From: a virus
Lineage: Duplodnaviria > Caudoviricetes
Length of the DNA stretch: 64,000 nt
Direction: 5' to 3' (one strand)
IMG/VR virus record: IMGVR_UViG_3300042291_000844
Coordinates: 32,001-96,000 of that record
The number at the start of each line of letters is the position of its first letter. The stretch's first letter is position 1. A model generated the notes under the pieces. It had not been told where the DNA came from. It saw only the letters and a list, made by a program, of their open reading frames with translations, and searched no databases. Shown one piece after another: positions 57,589 to 64,000 of this stretch. The translations under genes were made by a program, and so were the position numbers.

Positions 57589-60500
57589 ATCCATTTGTTT
57601 TTTTAATTTCTATTAAACCATCCACCACATCTCTCATTGAGTCGATATGGGATATAATCATTACAAAATCAAATTGTGTCTTCAAATAAGTGAATAACAT
57701 GAATAGGGATTGTAGGTTCTCACTATCTAATGTTCCGAACCCTTCATCTATAACTAGGAAGTTAGGACGAGGAAGGTTACATACATTGATTAAAGCCACC
57801 CTAATTGCAAGTCCAGAGATAAACCTCTCCATACCACTACACATCTCCAAAGACCACTTATTATCCCCGTATACGAGGTAAGCGTTGATGTTTTTACCAT
57901 CCATCTCTAATTGCATTCCAAACTCAACAATTTGTGCCAAAATGTTATTAACCTCACCCTCAATCATTGGTAAAGATTTTTCAATCAATTCATATGATAC
58001 CCCATCTTTATTTAGGGCGTTAAGATAATATTCGTATAATTTCGATTGTTCCTCTAAATCCTTAACCTCTTTGATTTTATCCTCTAAGGTATCTCTTTGC
58101 GATTGTAAGGATGAAACTCTACCATTTAATTCTAATAACTTTTTATTTGTTTTTGTAAATAAAATTTTATTAGCATCTAAGGTTTCTCTTACAATTTTGA
58201 TTTCTTCTCTGATTTCGCCATTCTTTTTGATTTGTTCTTCGTTCTTATAATACTCATCAATTAGTTTAATTTGTTCGGCGATTTGTGTTTGAACCCTAAT
58301 TTCTTCAGTTTCAGATGTTGATAACTTGTTAATAAGTGAAGAAATTTCCCTATCAATTTTAACTTCTTTCTCCTTTGTATCGTTTAAATTAGTCCAATCC
58401 GTCTCATATTGGGCCAATGATGCAATCTTCAACTCTAACGCCTCCTTTGTATTATTTGCAGTAACAATGAATCCATTTACTTCAATTAATGTTTTTTCTA
58501 CATCATCTTTACTTTGTAGGATTGTTTCCGAATTTTCCATACAAATATTACAATCTGGGTTATATTTGTGTAAATCCAAATGTTCTTTTTTATCAACTAA
58601 CGATGTATGCCAAATCCCTAATTTATCTAATTCGTGTTTAGTATTACCTAAATCCGTTTTAGCAACTCCTAGTTCCTTTATCTTTGTTTCTAACTCATCT
58701 TCATTAAAACCATCAATTATTTCTTCTAATTGTAATTGTAAAGCCTCTAACTTACCAATACGGTCTTGCGTAGCATTTTTAGTATCTAATACCTCAGTCT
58801 CCTTATCAGTAAGAATTTTCTTTCTTTTTTCTAATTCCTCTATTCCAATATTATCTGAGTTTAATTTTACAATTTTACCATTCAAACGAATTAAATCTTT
58901 ATTTAAGGATTCCTCTTCCGTTTTAATTCCACCCAATTCAATATCAACTAATTTGTATTCATTTGTTGATTCGGTCAATTGAGTTTTGATATCGGCTAAC
59001 TTAGAAGTAAAATCATCAGATTTGAATTTTTTGATTAAAGTAGCATTATCTCTATTCTCATCTGCGGCAACTGTATATAATTTATCAAAAATATCTACGC
59101 CAATAAATTGAGAAAGTATCTCTTTTCTTTCTGATTGTGATTTATCGATGAATAGTGCGTTATTACCTTGTAGGGAAAGGGATGTTAGAACAAAATCCTC
59201 AAATTTACCTAAATATCTTTCAATATTTTTATTAGTATCCCTTCGTTGTTCACCATTTAATGATGTAGTAACTCCGACATCTTCTTTCCAAAAGTTTACG
59301 TTTACTGAAAGGTTTGTTCCCTTACGAGTCCACCTTGCACTACGTTCAATGAAGTAATCCACTCCATCAATTTCAAAATTAAATTTACAATAGAAATTAT
59401 CTTTTTGATTATTTAGGATATTTTTTGATGATGAACTTCTTGATGTTTTATCAAAGATACAAAATGAAAGGGCATCAAAAAGAGATGATTTACCACTTGC
59501 GTTTGGTGCAAATATACCAATCACTCCTTGAGCGTTTTCAAATCTAACTTTGTTACCTTCACCATATGAGAACATATTTGAGAACTCCAATGTCTTGGGC
59601 ACCCAAAGTATATTTTCAGCCAATTCAGAATCATCAATTCGGTGATTTATCTCTTTATTGATTTCAGAAATTTTATCTAAATCGTCATCTTCTAATAGGA
59701 ATTGTCTTTCTAAATAATCTCTAATCAATTGATTTTGAAAAGTTTCATCTTTTACGTTACCAACAATATTTTTGTTTAATTTTGAATTTGTCTTTAATTG
59801 ACCAATGGTATCCGTTCTTGTTACCGTCACCTCTGCTACATTAAATAATTCTTTAAGTTCAGTAATACGCAATTTCATTTCTGATGCTTCGGTACTCGTA
59901 AACCTTAATCTTAAACGTGGGTTCTTAGGTAATTTTGTATCAATCTCATCATATACCCATTGTGGTATCTGTCCGTTGACTACATCGATTGTAAGAAATC
60001 CATAATCATTATGAAGATGGTGTTCCGTAAATGTACGAGTTGGAACATCCCATAATAAATACCCGTGATTCTCCAACATCTCTCCGTGATTTTGTTGAAC
60101 CATTGAACCTGCATATGCTACGTGTTCCCAACCTTCACCAAATGTTTGACGTTTGTGGATATCACCTAACATTGCCATATCAAATCCTTCAAACATATCG
60201 ACGGTGAAAGAATTTGATGATACTACATACCCAATATCAGTTTGTGCTTTATTTACCGGCCCGTGAAAAAGACAGATTTTGTTTTCACCCTCAATATCCT
60301 TAGCCAACGGCCAATTTTCTTTTTTATCCAATATGGAATAAACAACAAAAGTAATATTGTTATAATTGTAAACACCAGTATCGCGTAGATAATGGATGTG
60401 AGGATTGTTAAGATTATCGATAATGGGCGTAAGAACATCTAATCTATGGTTATTGTTTAAGTTACAATCGTGGTTACCTGTTATTAAGAAAGTTTCTCTT

Positions 60501-60724
60501 AGTTTTGAACATTCAGTTAAAAACCAACTAATCTCTCTAATAAGTTCAGGAGACATTTCAGTTTTAGCATGAGCAATATCTCCTGCTAAATAAATAATAG
60601 AATCTTCAATTTTATCGTCTTCTACTTGTTTTAAAAACTTTTTGAATACCTCTTTGTATTCCTTGTGTCTTTGCAAATTTCTAATGTGTAAATCTGCTAA
60701 GTGATATATTTTGTTAATAATCAT
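57569..60724 (-). CDS. Fused Mre11-Rad50 (SbcD-SbcC, gp47-gp46-like) nuclease-ATPase
   Basis: DLH, GD, GNHD, GDIH phosphoesterase motifs; Walker A variant APNASGKSS; CNIC zinc hook; SGMER signature; IDEGFGTLD. Confidence 0.92.
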   Translation of the reverse strand: MIINKIYHLADLHIRNLQRHKEYKEVFKKFLKQVEDDKIEDSIIYLAGDIAHAKTEMSPELIREISWFLTECSKLRETFLITGNHDCNLNNNHRLDVLTPIIDNLNNPHIHYLRDTGVYNYNNITFVVYSILDKKENWPLAKDIEGENKICLFHGPVNKAQTDIGYVVSSNSFTVDMFEGFDMAMLGDIHKRQTFGEGWEHVAYAGSMVQQNHGEMLENHGYLLWDVPTRTFTEHHLHNDYGFLTIDVVNGQIPQWVYDEIDTKLPKNPRLRLRFTSTEASEMKLRITELKELFNVAEVTVTRTDTIGQLKTNSKLNKNIVGNVKDETFQNQLIRDYLERQFLLEDDDLDKISEINKEINHRIDDSELAENILWVPKTLEFSNMFSYGEGNKVRFENAQGVIGIFAPNASGKSSLFDALSFCIFDKTSRSSSSKNILNNQKDNFYCKFNFEIDGVDYFIERSARWTRKGTNLSVNVNFWKEDVGVTTSLNGEQRRDTNKNIERYLGKFEDFVLTSLSLQGNNALFIDKSQSERKEILSQFIGVDIFDKLYTVAADENRDNATLIKKFKSDDFTSKLADIKTQLTESTNEYKLVDIELGGIKTEEESLNKDLIRLNGKIVKLNSDNIGIEELEKRKKILTDKETEVLDTKNATQDRIGKLEALQLQLEEIIDGFNEDELETKIKELGVAKTDLGNTKHELDKLGIWHTSLVDKKEHLDLHKYNPDCNICMENSETILQSKDDVEKTLIEVNGFIVTANNTKEALELKIASLAQYETDWTNLNDTKEKEVKIDREISSLINKLSTSETEEIRVQTQIAEQIKLIDEYYKNEEQIKKNGEIREEIKIVRETLDANKILFTKTNKKLLELNGRVSSLQSQRDTLEDKIKEVKDLEEQSKLYEYYLNALNKDGVSYELIEKSLPMIEGEVNNILAQIVEFGMQLEMDGKNINAYLVYGDNKWSLEMCSGMERFISGLAIRVALINVCNLPRPNFLVIDEGFGTLDSENLQSLFMLFTYLKTQFDFVMIISHIDSMRDVVDGLIEIKKTNGFSYVKF

Positions 60725-60737
60725 AAATTAATTTAAG

Positions 60738-61877
60738 TTATAGTAACTTAGTTTTTGTTGGTTTTAGATAATTATCTAATTTAAATTCAAATTTTATAGT
60801 TTGTATTTTACTAAAATTTCGTTCAATTCCCGCCTGATTTTTTACATAGTATGAATGAATATCTTCATATGACATCTTATGTATAATATCTAAATTTCTT
60901 TTGTATTGGTTAATAATTGCAGGAACACTATCTTGTGGAGTTATATCAAATAAATCCTCTGCCAACCAAAATCCTAAATCTTTAAGATATTGAGTTAGGT
61001 ACTTATTACCTAAAATTAGGGGTATATTTTTTGATATAAATGGATTCCATGATTTTTCACTCAAATGTATAATATCTTCTGCTACCACCATTGTTTCCAA
61101 AATACAACTGATATATGATGTCATAGTAATCGGTAATGGTGGAATTTCAACATTTACCGAACCTTGCATACTTCGTTCCATCGGAGTATCCAATATTACA
61201 GGTAATTTCTTTTTTTTAAATTCTAATAATTTAGCACTAATATCAGTATCATCATAATCACATGTAAAAGCACTATATCCCAACCACGAATCGGAATCTA
61301 AACCAATATTATACACATATTTAAAAACTTCTAATCTTTCTTTTTTATCTACTCCAATTATCATATTCATTTTTTTCTGACGAATATTTAAATCAAATAT
61401 TTTAATAATATACTCTAAGTGGGGGAAATATTCTTGTAATGCAGAACGATATCTATAATAATTACAATTACGTTCATAATAATGAAGTGTAGTAATATCT
61501 CTTACTAAAAATTTATTTGAAAAAAATGTGTATTGTTCCGTATCAGTATACTCAACCGAATTGTCATCATCAAATAAAACAAATTTACAATCATTATATT
61601 TTTTAGATAATTCTATTAAATAATTCTCTAGTGCAGTTTGACCCCGATGCGAATCAACATATCTACAATCAAAAATAACAACATCTCCAAATTGTGGATT
61701 AATTATATCTAATTTTTTAATTAATTTATCAGTATAAGGTGGTTCACCTATTAATTTTCGTTCAATCTCATCCGTATCATCAAATGAATGAAATATATGT
61801 TCATCTTTAATATTAAGTAATTTATACCATGCAGTATAAGAACCCTTTGAAATATGTTGTGGAATTACGTGAATCAT
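60738..61877 (-). CDS. Glycosyltransferase-like protein, distant paralog D
   Basis: ILET...LSEKSW.PF...PLILG...YLK.LGF. Confidence 0.45.
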   Translation of the reverse strand: MIHVIPQHISKGSYTAWYKLLNIKDEHIFHSFDDTDEIERKLIGEPPYTDKLIKKLDIINPQFGDVVIFDCRYVDSHRGQTALENYLIELSKKYNDCKFVLFDDDNSVEYTDTEQYTFFSNKFLVRDITTLHYYERNCNYYRYRSALQEYFPHLEYIIKIFDLNIRQKKMNMIIGVDKKERLEVFKYVYNIGLDSDSWLGYSAFTCDYDDTDISAKLLEFKKKKLPVILDTPMERSMQGSVNVEIPPLPITMTSYISCILETMVVAEDIIHLSEKSWNPFISKNIPLILGNKYLTQYLKDLGFWLAEDLFDITPQDSVPAIINQYKRNLDIIHKMSYEDIHSYYVKNQAGIERNFSKIQTIKFEFKLDNYLKPTKTKLL

Positions 61878-62812
61878 AATTGTTTTAATTTCTGAAGAAT
61901 AACATCTTCATAATTTGTTTCTGTTTTATTTTTAATAATATTATTGATTTCAGTAAATCCAATATCTGCAGCATCCTTGCCAGATGGGATAATATTTTTT
62001 ATTTGGAATCCTTGTTTTTGAAAATACATTGTATAGTATAAGGCTTGGTCTTGTGCATCAGTATCTAATAAAATGTTTAGATTACGCACCCCTCTTTCAT
62101 ATATACTATCCATTAATTTTTTAGGAATAAATTTTCCTAATATTGGAATAGCATTTCTCCTAACCGCCAACGCATCAAATGCACCTTCACAAATAGTAAT
62201 GGGTTCGTTCCAATTAATTTGGTTTTCAAACATAATTACATTCTTTGAAACAGGCGGGTTTTTATATTTGTATGGTTCATCATCAAAAACGGAACGGGCG
62301 ATAAAGTAATTTAATTTATTATTTATATCATATGATGGTATAATAATTCTACCTGAGTATAACCCACCATCACAATATCCAATATTATATTTAATAATAT
62401 CTGAATTTCGTATTCCTCTTAATGTGGCGTAGTGTTTTACCTTTTTATATATGGGTTTAAAACCAGTTGGGACTTCCATTAACGATTTAAATTCTTTTGG
62501 TAATCGTAATTCAATTTGGTCTTCCTCTATTTGAGATGATACGATATAATCATCACCATATATCTCATACACCTTACGAAGTTTGGAAACATCTACTTGT
62601 AATTTTTTAAGTAATCCTTGTATCCTCTTACCCTTAGAATCACACACCCAACAATGCCATTGTTGTGTATCTAAATTCACTTGGAGTTTCTTTTTATGAT
62701 GATGACAGAATGGACAATAATGAGCCTGTTCATTTCCTTTTAAGGATGAACCCGGTCCTAAGACATCATCTAAAATACTAACGATTGTTAATTTATCTGT
62801 ATTTGATACCAT
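61874..62812 (-). CDS. DNA primase (DnaG-type)
   Basis: CPFC..H...HCWVC zinc finger; R..IIP, AR, KY.N; TOPRIM CEG.FDA and DxD. Confidence 0.92.
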   Translation of the reverse strand: MVSNTDKLTIVSILDDVLGPGSSLKGNEQAHYCPFCHHHKKKLQVNLDTQQWHCWVCDSKGKRIQGLLKKLQVDVSKLRKVYEIYGDDYIVSSQIEEDQIELRLPKEFKSLMEVPTGFKPIYKKVKHYATLRGIRNSDIIKYNIGYCDGGLYSGRIIIPSYDINNKLNYFIARSVFDDEPYKYKNPPVSKNVIMFENQINWNEPITICEGAFDALAVRRNAIPILGKFIPKKLMDSIYERGVRNLNILLDTDAQDQALYYTMYFQKQGFQIKNIIPSGKDAADIGFTEINNIIKNKTETNYEDVILQKLKQL

Positions 62813-62835
62813 ATATTATAACGCTACTAATATAG

Positions 62836-62867
62836 TAAAGATACGAAATAAATCTGATATTTCCAAA
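62836..62867 (-). promoter_or_regulatory. Bacteroidota sigma-A-type promoter (proximal)
   Basis: TTTG-N20-TATCTTTA, 23 nt upstream of the primase ATG. Confidence 0.7.
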
Positions 62868-62902
62868 TTTATGTACGTTTATTATATTTGCATTAAGTCT
62901 AA

Positions 62903-62934
62903 CAAAGATACAACAAATTTATGAGATTTCCAAA
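62903..62934 (-). promoter_or_regulatory. Bacteroidota sigma-A-type promoter (distal)
   Basis: Exact TTTG-N20-TATCTTTG consensus. Confidence 0.75.
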
Positions 62935-63323
62935 TCTCTTTTGAAGAATTTTCCCATTAAGTTTTCATTTAGGGATTTTTCATCTGCTAATACGTTGTTT
63001 GCAAATTGTTCTTGTAATTCGTAATATGTGAGGGCTTTCTTTGATTGACAAAATCGTAGGATTTCTTTCGTAATTGGTTCATTTGCCCATGTTTTAACAA
63101 CCTCATTTGATGAACAATAATCTTGCCATTTCATTTCTTTGACAACTTTACGATTTCGTTTATAACCCTTTAATGGGGCTAGAGTTCTATGTGAGTATAA
63201 ACTCTTTTTACCAATATAATATTGGCCGGTTATGTTGTGGGTTATTCTATAAATAAAACCAATTGTACCTTCAGGCATTTCAGATATTTCTGATATAACC
63301 TTTTCTTTATATATCCAATTCAT
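62919..63323 (-). CDS. GIY-YIG nuclease (T4 endonuclease II-like)
   Basis: GFIY.I......YYIGKK, Y.SS, EIL..C....YYE..EQ; likely start ATG 63323. Confidence 0.8.
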   Translation of the reverse strand: MNWIYKEKVISEISEMPEGTIGFIYRITHNITGQYYIGKKSLYSHRTLAPLKGYKRNRKVVKEMKWQDYCSSNEVVKTWANEPITKEILRFCQSKKALTYYELQEQFANNVLADEKSLNENLMGKFFKRDLEIS

Positions 63324-63879
63324 AATTAAAATTTTGAAAATCATCTTTATATTTAGTTCTAACCCAATCCTTTATCCAATCTTCTTTGTATAAAGATTTA
63401 TAATATTTTTGTTGATTTAAAGTTGGATGTCTTTCGTATATAGAGTTTCTATTAAGATGGGGTATTCTAGGAGTAGGATGACCTAATTTTTTAAACAAGA
63501 AACTTATATCGTTTGAGTAATTTTCATACCGACCTATAAAACTAATGTTTCGTTTTTCAGTTCTATTATTATTTAAAAAAAATGTTTGAGGATAATATAA
63601 AAAATTATGTTCAAAAATGGTTTTAATAAAATTACCAAAGGTTTTATCACATCCCATTCTTAATTCATGATGATACCACGATGCTAATCGCGTAAATGGG
63701 TTTCTTACAAATGTAAAAATAAAATAATCTTCAATATTACCAAATGCCGATAAATCGTCATGAGTGGTTACAAATTCTGTTCCTTTAATTCTTAATAGAA
63801 TTTCACTAAGGGAATTTCCACCAGTTTTAGGTATATGAAGAAACGCCCACTTTTCGGAATGGTTTATTAATAAAGCCAA
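63307..63879 (-). CDS. Sulfotransferase family 2 protein
   Basis: FLHIPKTGGNS 5'-PSB and FVRNPF.RL.S.Y 3'-PB motifs, IGRYEN; TTG start. Confidence 0.85.
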   Translation of the reverse strand: MALLINHSEKWAFLHIPKTGGNSLSEILLRIKGTEFVTTHDDLSAFGNIEDYFIFTFVRNPFTRLASWYHHELRMGCDKTFGNFIKTIFEHNFLYYPQTFFLNNNRTEKRNISFIGRYENYSNDISFLFKKLGHPTPRIPHLNRNSIYERHPTLNQQKYYKSLYKEDWIKDWVRTKYKDDFQNFNYELDI

Positions 63880-63889
63880 ACAAATTTAT

Positions 63890-64000
63890 TTAAGGTTTAA
63901 CAGTAGTAGAATACTTTGTATCCTTTAATTTACCACCTCTAGATTTTGCAAGTTTTGTTTCATCTATATTTGCGTTATAAGATTTATCTGCAGAAAGAGG
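63890..64000 (-). CDS. 3' end of a gene truncated by the window edge
   Basis: Open frame PLSADKSYNANIDETKLAKSRGGKLKDTKYSTTVKP* from the edge. Confidence 0.5.
   Translation of the reverse strand, partial: PLSADKSYNANIDETKLAKSRGGKLKDTKYSTTVKP

Noticed and set aside
680-62309. Numerous plus-strand and nested ORFs in the track (e.g. 11650-12045, 13604-14179, 27505-28242, 58326-58982)
   Set aside because: They lie antisense to or inside long, motif-bearing minus-strand genes and have shadow-frame composition with no recognisable motifs
62919-63323. Mobile homing endonuclease
   Set aside because: Short single-domain GIY-YIG without DNA-binding extensions, not interrupting a gene; more like endonuclease II
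1-64000. Alternative genetic code (stop-codon recoding), as seen in some large phages
   Set aside because: Genes are intact in the standard code; TGA (e.g. 3007, 47232) and TAG (e.g. 32541) act as stops with the next gene starting immediately
1-64000. tRNA, rRNA, CRISPR array, integrase, transposase or reverse transcriptase
   Set aside because: None recognised; intergenic gaps are short and repeats are coding or regulatory, not repeat-spacer arrays

Overview
A 64-kb segment of a large, AT-rich T4-like dsDNA phage genome, almost entirely coded on the minus strand in the standard genetic code. The host is probably a Bacteroidota species, inferred from TTTG-N20-TAnnTTTG promoters and a bS21 gene inside the head module. 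Left to right it holds a repeat-rich virion protein and neck/tail-completion genes, a cassette of small early-type genes with duplicated promoters, and the head module (gp23 capsid, gp22-like scaffold, bS21, modular Glu-rich core proteins, gp21 protease, gp20 portal, gp17 terminase). Next come a 1847-aa mosaic nucleotidyltransferase, a ~21-kb sugar-synthesis and glycosylation island, a Pro-repeat/Hint protein, a 1937-aa tail fibre with an S74 chaperone, a lone plus-strand RHH regulator, a fused Mre11-Rad50 (gp47-gp46), primase, a GIY-YIG nuclease and a sulfotransferase. Top candidates for new biology: (1) an apparently co-transcribed eukaryote-like hydroxyproline O-glycosylation system (prolyl 4-hydroxylase, HPAT/GT95-like and Skp1-type GT60 transferases) directly behind its likely substrate, a VTPAP-repeat virion protein with an autocleaving Hint domain. 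(2) Head polyproteins built from exchangeable modules bounded by ESVNE protease-site repeats that are also conserved at DNA level. (3) A bS21 lacking the Bacteroidota anti-SD-sequestering Tyr, together with Shine-Dalgarno sites concentrated on structural genes. All family assignments come from motif recognition by eye, without database searches.
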